Shown piece by piece: positions 20,311 to 30,458 of a DNA stretch of 33,642 nt. The stretch comes from a virus (Duplodnaviria; Caudoviricetes): IMG/VR virus record IMGVR_UViG_3300008110_000211, positions 1 through 33,642 of that record; one strand, given 5' to 3'. Numbering within the stretch: the stretch's first letter is position 1; each line of letters begins with the position of its first letter. The position numbers were made by a program, and so were the translations under genes. Under the pieces are notes generated by a model. It was given only the letters and a program-made list of their open reading frames with translations, did not search any database and had not been told where the DNA came from.

Positions 20311-22992
20311 ATGGCTATTCCCACCCTTCCCGGTTTTAAGCGTCGTCGCCGTGGCGCGGGCCAAGAGGTCAACGACTTCGTCAAGGCGTTCCTTGCGACG
20401 AGAAAGTCGTTCGCGGACAGCGCTCTCGCTGAGAAGCGCGGCAAGCTCTACGACGCCCAGATTGCGCGCTACGAAGAGATGAACGCCGCGTCGAAGGAGC
20501 GCCGGGAACGTGTTGGTAAAGGCGGCTCTGGGGGTATAACCCAAGAGCAGATGGACCAGCACATTAAAAACTCTCTGGCTCCAAAAGCTCCTAGTGGTGA
20601 CGGCGCTCGTGCACCGGAAGGGCGCACAGCGGTTAACGAAGATGGCGGATACTCTCCGCCGCTTGACCCGGCGGCGGCGTCGCGCGCCCGTGGAATTGAG
20701 GCCATCCCGCAGCAGCAGCAGGCTCCCGCGCAGCAGCCTCCTGTTGTTGAACCCCCGTCTGTGCCTAGAGAGATTAACCCCACGCTGGGCGAACCTGAAC
20801 CAAGAAGGAGAGCGGGGCTTCTCATAGAAGACGAACAGAACAATCGTCCTACAGAACTCGCCAGCTACGACAATGCTCCTCAACAGGACACCTTTAATAA
20901 TTTTGAACCGGCGTATTACGACGCCGTACAGTATTCCGCCGAAGGCGGAATGATCCAAGACAACGGTCAGATGGCTCCTCTTGGCGAAGCGTTGGACGCA
21001 GCGCTGAAGAGCGTGCAGTCATCTTACGGTCTCGATCAGCGTGGCACCGCCGTGGACGATGGGTCTAACGCTTCAAACCTCGAAGCATTTGCCCGTAACG
21101 AAGGCGCAATGCCCGAAGAGACGATGACGGACCTTTTGATGACCGTCGATCCGAACTCTAAGGATAAGATCGCCGCCGTCTTGCAAAAGGTGTACGGCTT
21201 TCATACGGGCAATGGCGACCGCGCCGCTGCCGCAGAAGCTGTAGGCAGTATCCTTCAGGCTGCGCGCCAAGAGTCCATGGACCTTGGGGCGATTGCTATG
21301 GCGGCTATTGAACAGCGTGACTTCATGGCCGCTGGCGAAGCCCTTATTGACGCCTATAACAAAGTTCCTGATGGGCGTTACGTTGAAGGTAACGTCGACG
21401 AGCGTGGTGTTGGCGAAGCGCTTATTCGTGACGCGCAGACTGACAAGGTTGTTCAGCGGATGCCGTTGAACCCTCAGACGCTTCAGATGGCGGCGAAGCG
21501 CTTCCAATCCGGTGCGGACTACTACAACCATCTTGCTCAGTTCGCCCGTCCTGTGCAGGCCCCGCGCCAGCGGGTCGCGCTTGCGTACGAAGGTGGTCCC
21601 ATCGAAGACGAGCCTGACACGATGTCTGCAATAGATGAAGCGGACAGAGAAGACGAACGTCTTGTTGAAGACCTTTCGCTAAACGAAGATGAGGCGCAGG
21701 CGGCTCCAGTAGCCCCGCAGCAGGAAGCTCCCGAAGCTGGCGAAGCCGATCTCCCGTATAGCGGGAATGGGCAATTTGTTGAGGGGCGGCTTCCTGAACA
21801 GCCGATCCCTGAGCGGAACTACGTGCCTTACCTTCCCGGCATGAACGCTACGCAACGTCGGCAGATTGATCTTGCTAACGGTCGACTCAAAGAACGCTAC
21901 AACCAACGAGATGCGCTTGCCAAAGAGCAGCGCGCTAGGCAAGAAGCTCGCGACAGGGAAGAGCGTGGCAGGCGAGATGCCGACCTAAGAACAGTTTACA
22001 CTCAAAATAGGGCTGACCAGCGTTCCGCCGCCTCTGCCGCGCAGGCTAGAGACCTTGATAAAATACGCGCAGAAAGAGCCGCCGCCATTGCGGAAGAAAA
22101 TCTTAGGCAGAGAGACTCCGCCTACGTTCTTCGGCGTAATCTCGAACCGCTTGACGAGCAAGAGCGTGTACAGCGCGAACGTGAAGGTACGCTCGAACGT
22201 GAAGCCTCTCGTATGAGTCTCTCAGGCGAAGACTATCAGGCGTCGCCTATCGCCGCGCGTACTGGCATGAGGCGCGAGAAAGATGTGGAGATGCCTGCGC
22301 GTAGCCAAGCGCGCGACTACGAGCGCCTCAATATGACGACGCGCGCCATGCCTAAGTATGAAGGTGGCGACAGGGATGTAATTAAGACCGAACTGGAGAG
22401 CTACGCGCGGACAGTTGAACCAGATAAGTACGGTTATGTTGACCCCAAAAAAGCAATCGACTTAAAAGTACTTGATGCTCAACTTGGGTCGCGATTTGTT
22501 TCGCGTATGCAGGACGTAGCCTACAAGATCACAGAGGGCAATAGACTGTCAGAGGGCCGCGCTGCTGAGACAGCGTTCGACGCAATCATGAAGCAGGACG
22601 TAGCTCCGAGAGCTACGAGAAGCGATCAAGGTTGGCGCGTGACGGTTGGCAATAGAACTGTCTTCATGGATGGCGATACGTTCCACGAGCTTGGCCTTCT
22701 TCGTCTGCAACGAAGAGGGCAACTAGACAAAGTTACCAAAGAAAAAGTAGCTAAAGACACCGCGGAAAGAGAAGACGAAGGGGCCACACTTGCCCGTCGT
22801 CGGCAAGAGATTGACGATACGCGGGCGTACGTCGACGCTTTTGGCCGTCAGACGACGGGGTTTCGTCGTCGGCAAGAAATCGAAGACGAACGTGCGCGGC
22901 GCGAAGCAGAAGCTTTATCACGAGCGCCTGCGCCTAGCCAGTTCCAGCCATATCGTTCTCGCCTGCGGTCGCGGCTTGCTATACCGGAGTGA
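20311..22992 (+). CDS. Putative internal virion/ejection protein
   Basis: 893-aa ORF between the pilot and giant proteins. Low-complexity linkers, coiled coils and two GG motifs (SAEGGMI, AYEGGPI). Confidence 0.65.
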   Translation: MAIPTLPGFKRRRRGAGQEVNDFVKAFLATRKSFADSALAEKRGKLYDAQIARYEEMNAASKERRERVGKGGSGGITQEQMDQHIKNSLAPKAPSGDGARAPEGRTAVNEDGGYSPPLDPAAASRARGIEAIPQQQQAPAQQPPVVEPPSVPREINPTLGEPEPRRRAGLLIEDEQNNRPTELASYDNAPQQDTFNNFEPAYYDAVQYSAEGGMIQDNGQMAPLGEALDAALKSVQSSYGLDQRGTAVDDGSNASNLEAFARNEGAMPEETMTDLLMTVDPNSKDKIAAVLQKVYGFHTGNGDRAAAAEAVGSILQAARQESMDLGAIAMAAIEQRDFMAAGEALIDAYNKVPDGRYVEGNVDERGVGEALIRDAQTDKVVQRMPLNPQTLQMAAKRFQSGADYYNHLAQFARPVQAPRQRVALAYEGGPIEDEPDTMSAIDEADREDERLVEDLSLNEDEAQAAPVAPQQEAPEAGEADLPYSGNGQFVEGRLPEQPIPERNYVPYLPGMNATQRRQIDLANGRLKERYNQRDALAKEQRARQEARDREERGRRDADLRTVYTQNRADQRSAASAAQARDLDKIRAERAAAIAEENLRQRDSAYVLRRNLEPLDEQERVQREREGTLEREASRMSLSGEDYQASPIAARTGMRREKDVEMPARSQARDYERLNMTTRAMPKYEGGDRDVIKTELESYARTVEPDKYGYVDPKKAIDLKVLDAQLGSRFVSRMQDVAYKITEGNRLSEGRAAETAFDAIMKQDVAPRATRSDQGWRVTVGNRTVFMDGDTFHELGLLRLQRRGQLDKVTKEKVAKDTAEREDEGATLARRRQEIDDTRAYVDAFGRQTTGFRRRQEIEDERARREAEALSRAPAPSQFQPYRSRLRSRLAIPE

Positions 22993-23000
22993 TAAAAACA

Positions 23001-26000
23001 ATGGCCGACCAATTCGAGTTCGACATGGAACGCCGCGACCCAACGCTTAGGCCGACGGCTGACAGAGAACTGTTAGATGTCGCAAGAGCTGCTGGTATAG
23101 ACGTTTCTCAATACGCCCCGCCTAGTGTAGACGAACGTGTTGGGTTTCGCGAAGTTACAGAGAAAGATAGAGAAGCGACGTGGGGCGATTATGGACGTGC
23201 TCTTGGCGCTGCCGGATTAGACGTTGTTGGGGGTATAGGCGCGGCGACGGAGTACGCAACAAGAGGCGCTATTGGTGGCGACACGCGGCGCTTCTTTAGT
23301 GAAAGCGCAGAAGGAGTCCGCAGCCGGATGTCTCCAGCGGGGCGGCAGGCGCTTTCCGCTGAGTTTCTTCCAGAAGAAGGCGGCGTTAGCGTCCTCGACA
23401 ACTTTACCAGCTCCATGGGGCTGAAGTCCGTTAGTATGATCCCGGCGTTCGTGACCGCTGTAATTCCCGGCGGGATTGTCGGTTCTGTACTTCGTTCAGC
23501 CGGTGCGTCTACTGCTAGAAGCGCCGCCGCCGCTGCTGTTACCGCGAAGGGAACGTCTGGCGTTATGAACGCGGGCGAGGTCGCCAGCCAAATCTATAGC
23601 CGCGTTGAAAAACTTCCCGACGAAGAGCTGCGCCGCCTTTCTCCTGCGTACGACAACTATCGGTTCATGATGTCGGAGAAGGACGCACGCCAAGAATACA
23701 TGAGAGACGTTGCTGGCGCTGCTCCGGCAGCGGCGTTCTTGCTTTCTTACACGCTTGGTGGGCTTGAAGGTCAGGTCGCAGGGCGAATTGCAGGTGCCGG
23801 TCCAATCGGGTTTGGCCGTGGCGCGCTTAAAGGTGGTTTAGCCGAAGGCAGACAAGAGTTTGGCGAGAGCGCAGGCGGAGAGTATCTGTCTCAAAGCCAA
23901 CTGTTCTCCCAGATTGCCGACCCTATGAACTGGCAGAAAATACTGTCACAGGGTTTGGAAGGCTTAACGCTTGGAACTTTTACTGGTGCCACTATCGGCG
24001 GCGTCACCAACATCGGTGGAGGCGCGCGCCCAGAAGCACCGCCGCCCGGTGGTATAAACCAAACATCGGACCTTGGACCCGACGCTGCACAGCAGGCAGC
24101 GCTCGCTGCTGGCGCTACCCCGCCGCCGCCCGGCGCTGGAGCAGTTACCACTGAGGTAACCACTCCCGAAGCTGCCGACACGATCCAAGCCCAGCAAGAG
24201 AAGCTGGTTAATGGCGAAGTGCCTGCGATGCTCTTCCCGGTCGGCACGCAGGAACTTGCGGTGCCGGAAGGGCTTGCGCGCGTTGAGCGTCCAGAAGGCG
24301 TCGTTCATTACGACCCAATGTCGATTAACGCACAGCAGGCGGAGCGCCTGCCTGTTAACGAAATACTTGGCTACGTGCAGCCGAAAGAGGAAGTGCTTCA
24401 GCGCGCCGCTCGTGGCGAACCCGCCACCGTTGTCGCCGAGACAACGCCAGCAGGACGCGAAGTTCGTGCAGCGGCGGTTAGCGCCACACAGGCTCCGGCG
24501 CAGGCGCAGGTGTTTGAGCAGACCGCGACGCCGGGCAACCGCGTTGTGGAAACGACGCCGGAAGCTATTCAGCGGAACCGTGGGCTCGACATTCTCAGCC
24601 AGCGAGACGAAGAGACGCTGCAAGGCTACCGTGATCTGCGTGACAGCACGCCTGTTTATCCGGCGGTAACGCCGGGCGAAGCGCGTAGTGTACGTGGCGA
24701 CCGCCCCGTGCGGATGACGCGCGAGCCGCCAAGGCAAGAACGTATCGCCGCTGAAGAAGAGTACGATCAATACCTCGCTGAGCAGCGCCTTGCCCGACAA
24801 GCAGAGCAGGAAGCTAGGCGGGCTGAAGAAGACATGGCTCGCCGTGCCCGTATGCAAGAGGGCATGACCAAGGCGGAGCGTGCGATTGCCGTAGCGAAAG
24901 CGCGTGCAGAGGCTGCTCGTCCTCGGTACCCAGAGGTAAAGCAGACAGGCGTACGTACGGAACTTCCGCGTACAAGTACGCCCCTTTATCCTGCTGGGCG
25001 GTTTGCCAATTTCACAACGGAGCCGACGGCGAAGCAGAAAGCTTTGGCCGCAGCGCGTGCTCGCGAAGAAGCTGCTCGCGAAGAAGCTGCTCGTAAAGAA
25101 AAAGCGAAGAAGCCTAAGAAGCCCAGACAACCGAAGAAGCCGCAGCCACCGAAAGACGAAGCGCCGTCACAGCCGCCAGCTCCTACGGCCAAACCTCCGT
25201 TGGAAAAGATCAGCGGGTTCTGGGTTTCTCAGGCAGAGAAGCGCGCCGAAGAAGGGGCTGCGCGTGCGGGTAAGCAGCGCGGCGTCGGCACGGGCAAGCG
25301 TGGCCCCGAAGAAAAGGCTCGTACCGCGCAGATGCGCGCGGACGCCCGCAAAGCGTTTGAAGAGAACGCGCCGGGCGAAGACGAACTTTATGGTGGGAAA
25401 GCGCAGACCGATCTGTTCAGGCGTACGAAGCAAGAGCCGTCGCGATTTGTTCAGACCAAAGAGCAAGCTGCGGCCCTCAAGAAACGACTTGAGCGTGTTG
25501 TCGCGCAGGCTGAAAAAGCCCGCGAGCTACCGCAATCCATCCGCGAAGGACAAACCGATTTCGTTCTCTTCGCTCGTATGGCGAAGGACGCGCTCACTTA
25601 CTACGTTGGTAAAACGGACGCGGCGTCGCTTGAGAAGACGAACGCATGGGTTGCCGATGAACTAGCGGCACGGGCTGGTGACTTTGAGCCGATGCGCAAA
25701 CGTCGTCTCGAAGAAGGTTATGCCGCAAAGCAGCGTCAGGCGTCCGCCGATGAGATGATTGAGACTGCGGGTACGGGCGACACTGGTCGCAGGATCGTAG
25801 CCGCTACGACTACCGCAGACATTCAAGAGCAACTCGATCAGGCCGACGAAGCGGCACGTTTCGAGGCGGCGCTTGAGCGGCTTCAGGAGATGCTCAGCGT
25901 TAGCCGCGAGCTGACACGCGAGCAAATCCAAGAGCTTGCCGATATTGCTGGACGCGAAGTCGCCGACTTCGAAACCTTCCAGCGCGCGCTGTCGTCTGGT

Positions 26001-29000
26001 GACAAGCTGTCGTCCCCGCGAAACGGCAATGTGAACGCGGCTCCGCGCGCGCAAAACGAACAGAACTTGCGTGAAGCTTTAGCTCGTTTGTTTAGGGTGA
26101 TGGCGCAGCCGAGCAAGCAAGCCGCGCTGGATGCGGCCTATGAGCGTCGCGCCGCAGGGCTAGAGAAGGCTAGAGAGGAAGCAGGGCGTCCGTATAAGCA
26201 GATTATCGAACTGCCCAACGGTCCTACGTTCGTCTCTGGGTCTGCCAGCGTCGGTAATTCGCCGGTCTACGTCGAGCCCGAAGCCACGCTCACTGTGCGA
26301 GACGCTCTGAACAGCCTAATGGATTACAAATTAGGCCGCTTGTCGCCGGTCTATAAATACATCGCACGGCTCGTCATCCGCCTTGCTGGCGACGTTAAAA
26401 TCTACGTCATCAGCGACGCCAATATGGATAAGATTGGCTATGCGAATGATGATGGCTCCTATTTTAGAACCGCCGACGCTATCTATGTCCGTCAATCCAT
26501 CAATGAAGATTTCCAAAGACAAGCTGCGGTGGTGCTTCACGAGGCGGCGCATGCCGCGCTCGTTAACCGCGTTGTGTCGGACCCGCTGGCGATAGGTCAG
26601 CTTGAAGCAATTGCGCGTCATGTCCTAAAGCATTTCAACGGTTCGCTCGACGGCGCGTATGGCTTCTACAATGCGCAGGAGTTCTTAGCCGAAGCACTGT
26701 CGAACACGAACTTCCAGAAGTGGCTGATGAACGCGCCGCTGACCCCCGAACTTGCAAGGCTCTTGGACCTCAAGGCATGGCGCGGGCGCTCGCTGTGGTG
26801 GGGTTTGCTTAACCGCTTCGCGCGTTGGTTCGGCATGGGGCGTTTCGGTGAAAACGAATACACCGCTATGCACGCCGTCATGTCTGTCACAGAGCGTCTG
26901 GCGGACAACCGCCCGCCGCGTTTTGTGAAAGGATGGGAGCAGGAGTTTTCGATTAACTTTGACCCAAAGGCCGACTGGTACGCCCTGTCGCCTTTCTGGG
27001 AAAAGTACATCGCCGATGAGCAAAAACAGTCAAACGCGCCCGACAGCCTTGCGTCTCGCAAGCAAGAGTTACTAAGCGGGGTAAGCGACCGGGCTGCGGT
27101 CACGAGTAGCTGGCTTAGCCGTGTTGCTATTGTTGGCAGCACGCTCGATCAGCTTCGCCAGCAGTACGCCGGGCTCTTCACTAACAAAGACGGCACGGAC
27201 CTGCTTGCAAAGCTTGTGCAGGCGATGCAGGAACAGGCACCCTATGCCCGTGTGAAGAAGCAGGAAGCTGACCTTCTCGCGCAAGACTTCATTCGCTTCA
27301 CAAAGAATAACGCTACCGAAGCGGCGGAACTTGTCGACATTATGATCGACGCCACCATGTCCAACGTGCGGCTCGGTACGGGGGCGAGCAATACGCATCT
27401 CGACAAGGGCTGGCGTGGTATTCAGGGCAAGACAAATCTTTCTAGGCTTCAGAAAGAATACGCGGCGCTTAGTCCCGAAGCGCAAGCGCTCTATCAGAAG
27501 ATGGCTAAGTTCTACCGCGACACTCAGAACGAAATGACGCGCGGCACCATCGGCAATGTGCTGGATGAGCTGGGCCTTAAACCCAAAAACCGTGAAGACT
27601 TCATCACTCGCGTCATGACAGGCACGATGACGCCTGCGGATGAGACGCTCCTCAAGGATAAACCTACCGCGCTCAAAGCGTTCAAGGACGCCAACGAGAT
27701 GCGGGTTATTCAGGGCGACTACTTCCCGCTTATGCGTCAGGGCGATTACGTCGTAGTCACCACGGACAACATCAAAGACCTTATGGGCGGTAAAGAAATC
27801 TCGCCCGGTAAGGTTGAGTTCCGCGCGCGCACCCGCGCCGAAGCGATGAAGCAGGCTAATGCCTTCATCGCGAATACGGACCTGCGCGTGCTTAGTCGTC
27901 GGGTAGTAACTGACGACGCTGCAACCACTAATGATTTTGGCGTCATCGTATCTGTCCAGCGCAACGGCGTGTTCTTCTTCGAGCGTGAGAGCGATGCCCG
28001 CAAGTGGGCTCGTGAAAATGCCGGAGACTACGACCAAGTGTCCGATGTCATGCCGCGCCGTGAGACCGGAGCGGAGTCCCGAGACCTAACGGTTGCGCAG
28101 TTCAATGCTTTGATGGGGGCGATCAACAGGCAGGAAGACGCGCCTGAAGCCACCAAAGACACGATGCGGGGTATCATCGAGCAGGCTGCGGCCCGCATGA
28201 TGTCCGGCAATCGCGTGCAGAAACAGCGTATCGCTCGCCGTAACGTCGAAGGCGCGTCTAAGGACTTCGCCCGCAACCTTCTGCTCTATGGGCAGTCGAC
28301 GAGCGGTTACCTCGCGAAGTTACGCTACGCTCCGCAGGTCCGCGCGGCTCTGAAGGAGATGACTGAAGTCTCCAAGGACTACATGGACAAGCACGCAGCT
28401 ACTCGCGTTCGCTTGCTCAACGAACTTAATAAGCGCGTCAACGACGGCGACACCGGGGCCAATGAGCCGCCGCGCTGGATGCGCGACCTCATGACGGTTA
28501 CCTACCTGTCCAAACTGTTCTCGCCGATGTACTCGGTCGTGAACGGTATGCAACCATGGATGGTAACTTACCCCGTGCTTGCTGGCCGGTATGGCAACAT
28601 CGCAAGCTGGCGGGCGCTTCAGGACTCGTACAAAGCGATTGGTTTCTTTGGTCGCGCTTGGGACGGGCTGGTTAACACTGGCCGTTCGGTGAAAGACTTT
28701 AACGACGTTGCGTTTGATACGCGCGACGTTGTGGGCAGCATCAAGAAGAACCTTGCCAAAGAGAAGGACGGCGCGGAACTTGTTCAGCTCATCGACATGC
28801 TCTTGGAGCGTGGCGCTATGAGCGATGCTGGGTTTGAGCTTAGCCAGTCTATCGCAGAAGGTCGCGGCAAAGTTGGTACGGCTTTCTCGCACGTTGACCG
28901 CGTCGCGCGGCAGATGCCGCAGACGGTGGAAGAGATTAACCGTGCAGTTGCGGCAATCGCGGCGTACCGCTTGGCTAAGTCGCGGCCCAACGTCAGTGCG

Positions 29001-29966
29001 GAGAAAGCGCGCGCTGCGGCGTTTGACACCGTGATGAACACGCAGGGCGATTACTCTGGTGGTAACGCTCCGCGCTTCTTCAACAATCCGATCCTGCGCC
29101 CGGCGTTGCAGTTCAAGAAGTACGCTCAGATGATGACGTATCTTCTGGTCGACGCAACGTATCGCAGCTTTGATGGCAAGATCAGCTCGGAAGAGCGCGC
29201 TATTGCCCGCAAGCAACTTCTGAATGTCTTTGCTGTTCAGATCATGATGGCGGGTATGCTCTCACTGCCGGGCATCGAAATCGCCAAGATGGCGTTCATG
29301 ATCGCAGCGGCGTTTGGCTTCGGCGAAGGCTGGGACGATCAGGAAGAAAAGCTGCGGAAACTCGCCGACGAGACGTTTGGCAAGACGTGGGGCGAGCTTG
29401 TCTCGCGCGGCGTCGTCTCTCGTGCCCTCAACATCGACCTATCCAAGCGCCTGTCGCTCGCAGATATGTGGACGTTTGGCGAGCCGAAGAAATACGACAA
29501 GGAGAACCTTGGCGCTTACGCCTTTAACCTCACGTTTGGTGCGCCCGGCGGTACGGTCATGGACATCGTTGACGGCTTCCGTAAAGTCGGTGACGGCGAA
29601 TGGAAGACCGGCCTAGCCCAGATGCTTCCGATTAAAGTCGTCGCCGATGGGCTACGCGCCGCCAACGGTTACTCCGAAGGTAAGGTGACCAACGTCGAAC
29701 TGGCAATGAACGTCTTTGGTGTTCGTTCCGGTCGACAAGCTGAGAAGTCGGAAGAGATTGGTTCCAACATCCGCAAAATGCAGGACATGGAGACCGCGTA
29801 TAAAACGCTGTCTCGTCAGTACATGCGGGCGCAGACTGCGGGCGAACGGACGCTCTTACGGGCGCGGATTGCTGAACACAACAAGGCCGCGCCGCTGCGA
29901 TACAAAGTCTTCCCCAACGCGCTTGACCGGCGTCGGGTGCAGAACGAAAAAGAACGGGTGAACTAA
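23001..29966 (+). CDS. Giant internal virion/polyvalent protein with zincin-like metallopeptidase and PLxRFG-like domains
   Basis: About 2320 aa (alternative GTG start at 22989). VVLHEAAHAAL...QEFLAEAL zincin motif; YFPLMRQGDY motif; helical C-terminal region (QFKKY) typical of large ejection proteins. Confidence 0.8.
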   Translation: MADQFEFDMERRDPTLRPTADRELLDVARAAGIDVSQYAPPSVDERVGFREVTEKDREATWGDYGRALGAAGLDVVGGIGAATEYATRGAIGGDTRRFFSESAEGVRSRMSPAGRQALSAEFLPEEGGVSVLDNFTSSMGLKSVSMIPAFVTAVIPGGIVGSVLRSAGASTARSAAAAAVTAKGTSGVMNAGEVASQIYSRVEKLPDEELRRLSPAYDNYRFMMSEKDARQEYMRDVAGAAPAAAFLLSYTLGGLEGQVAGRIAGAGPIGFGRGALKGGLAEGRQEFGESAGGEYLSQSQLFSQIADPMNWQKILSQGLEGLTLGTFTGATIGGVTNIGGGARPEAPPPGGINQTSDLGPDAAQQAALAAGATPPPPGAGAVTTEVTTPEAADTIQAQQEKLVNGEVPAMLFPVGTQELAVPEGLARVERPEGVVHYDPMSINAQQAERLPVNEILGYVQPKEEVLQRAARGEPATVVAETTPAGREVRAAAVSATQAPAQAQVFEQTATPGNRVVETTPEAIQRNRGLDILSQRDEETLQGYRDLRDSTPVYPAVTPGEARSVRGDRPVRMTREPPRQERIAAEEEYDQYLAEQRLARQAEQEARRAEEDMARRARMQEGMTKAERAIAVAKARAEAARPRYPEVKQTGVRTELPRTSTPLYPAGRFANFTTEPTAKQKALAAARAREEAAREEAARKEKAKKPKKPRQPKKPQPPKDEAPSQPPAPTAKPPLEKISGFWVSQAEKRAEEGAARAGKQRGVGTGKRGPEEKARTAQMRADARKAFEENAPGEDELYGGKAQTDLFRRTKQEPSRFVQTKEQAAALKKRLERVVAQAEKARELPQSIREGQTDFVLFARMAKDALTYYVGKTDAASLEKTNAWVADELAARAGDFEPMRKRRLEEGYAAKQRQASADEMIETAGTGDTGRRIVAATTTADIQEQLDQADEAARFEAALERLQEMLSVSRELTREQIQELADIAGREVADFETFQRALSSGDKLSSPRNGNVNAAPRAQNEQNLREALARLFRVMAQPSKQAALDAAYERRAAGLEKAREEAGRPYKQIIELPNGPTFVSGSASVGNSPVYVEPEATLTVRDALNSLMDYKLGRLSPVYKYIARLVIRLAGDVKIYVISDANMDKIGYANDDGSYFRTADAIYVRQSINEDFQRQAAVVLHEAAHAALVNRVVSDPLAIGQLEAIARHVLKHFNGSLDGAYGFYNAQEFLAEALSNTNFQKWLMNAPLTPELARLLDLKAWRGRSLWWGLLNRFARWFGMGRFGENEYTAMHAVMSVTERLADNRPPRFVKGWEQEFSINFDPKADWYALSPFWEKYIADEQKQSNAPDSLASRKQELLSGVSDRAAVTSSWLSRVAIVGSTLDQLRQQYAGLFTNKDGTDLLAKLVQAMQEQAPYARVKKQEADLLAQDFIRFTKNNATEAAELVDIMIDATMSNVRLGTGASNTHLDKGWRGIQGKTNLSRLQKEYAALSPEAQALYQKMAKFYRDTQNEMTRGTIGNVLDELGLKPKNREDFITRVMTGTMTPADETLLKDKPTALKAFKDANEMRVIQGDYFPLMRQGDYVVVTTDNIKDLMGGKEISPGKVEFRARTRAEAMKQANAFIANTDLRVLSRRVVTDDAATTNDFGVIVSVQRNGVFFFERESDARKWARENAGDYDQVSDVMPRRETGAESRDLTVAQFNALMGAINRQEDAPEATKDTMRGIIEQAAARMMSGNRVQKQRIARRNVEGASKDFARNLLLYGQSTSGYLAKLRYAPQVRAALKEMTEVSKDYMDKHAATRVRLLNELNKRVNDGDTGANEPPRWMRDLMTVTYLSKLFSPMYSVVNGMQPWMVTYPVLAGRYGNIASWRALQDSYKAIGFFGRAWDGLVNTGRSVKDFNDVAFDTRDVVGSIKKNLAKEKDGAELVQLIDMLLERGAMSDAGFELSQSIAEGRGKVGTAFSHVDRVARQMPQTVEEINRAVAAIAAYRLAKSRPNVSAEKARAAAFDTVMNTQGDYSGGNAPRFFNNPILRPALQFKKYAQMMTYLLVDATYRSFDGKISSEERAIARKQLLNVFAVQIMMAGMLSLPGIEIAKMAFMIAAAFGFGEGWDDQEEKLRKLADETFGKTWGELVSRGVVSRALNIDLSKRLSLADMWTFGEPKKYDKENLGAYAFNLTFGAPGGTVMDIVDGFRKVGDGEWKTGLAQMLPIKVVADGLRAANGYSEGKVTNVELAMNVFGVRSGRQAEKSEEIGSNIRKMQDMETAYKTLSRQYMRAQTAGERTLLRARIAEHNKAAPLRYKVFPNALDRRRVQNEKERVN

Positions 29967-30235
29967 TGGTTGGTAAGCGCGACCCCAGCTCGCATCGCAC
30001 TCCCGAGCAAATCCGCAAGATGAACCGGGAGTACGACTCCAAGCCCCACAAGATCAAGCAGCGCGTGATGAACAAACAGGCGCGGCGGATGTTGGAGAAA
30101 GAGGGGCTGGTCCGTAAAGGTGACGGGAAGGATGTTGACCACATTCGTCCCGTGCGCAACGGCGGGTCTAACTCTCGGAAGAACCTTCGTGCACTTCCTG
30201 CGTCGAAGAACCGGGGATGGCGAGATGGTGTTTAG
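29966..30235 (+). CDS. HNH endonuclease
   Basis: GDGKDVDHIRPVRNGGSNSRKNLRALPASKNR. TAATG coupling to the giant gene. Confidence 0.88.
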   Translation: MVGKRDPSSHRTPEQIRKMNREYDSKPHKIKQRVMNKQARRMLEKEGLVRKGDGKDVDHIRPVRNGGSNSRKNLRALPASKNRGWRDGV

Positions 30236-30458
30236 CCGCGTAACGCTGAACACCGTGTAATATTGTGGTGTGGTGCTTACCGCCGCTACGCATACCGATC
30301 AGGGTGTAGCTCAGGTCGGTCTCTTGTTTAGCCCGCCACCATGCTTCCTGCCGTGCGTTCACAAACTTATCGTGGCGGTCGTGGCCGTCGAATTGTTCTT
30401 TCGTAACGCCGTGCTTCTTGCAGACTTCTTCTTTGATGTCCGTGAAAAATTTCCGCAT
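30168..30458 (-). CDS. DnaA C-terminal (domain IV) helix-turn-helix protein
   Basis: VCKKHGVT...ARQEAWW...LSYTLIGMRSGGKHHTTILHGV matches the DnaA domain IV signature (ARQ..MY...SLP.IG..FGGRDHTTVLH). Confidence 0.85.
   Translation of the reverse strand: MRKFFTDIKEEVCKKHGVTKEQFDGHDRHDKFVNARQEAWWRAKQETDLSYTLIGMRSGGKHHTTILHGVQRYAAKHHLAIPGSSTQEVHEGSSES

Noticed and set aside
25059-25099. 15-bp tandem repeat gctcgcgaagaagct
   Set aside because: A simple in-frame duplication encoding AREEA in a charged helix.
23189-29961. Many long alternative-frame and antisense ORFs within the giant gene (e.g. 23964-25130, 27072-28037, 28320-29216)
   Set aside because: Expected in GC-rich, codon-biased coding DNA; the translations have no recognisable motifs.
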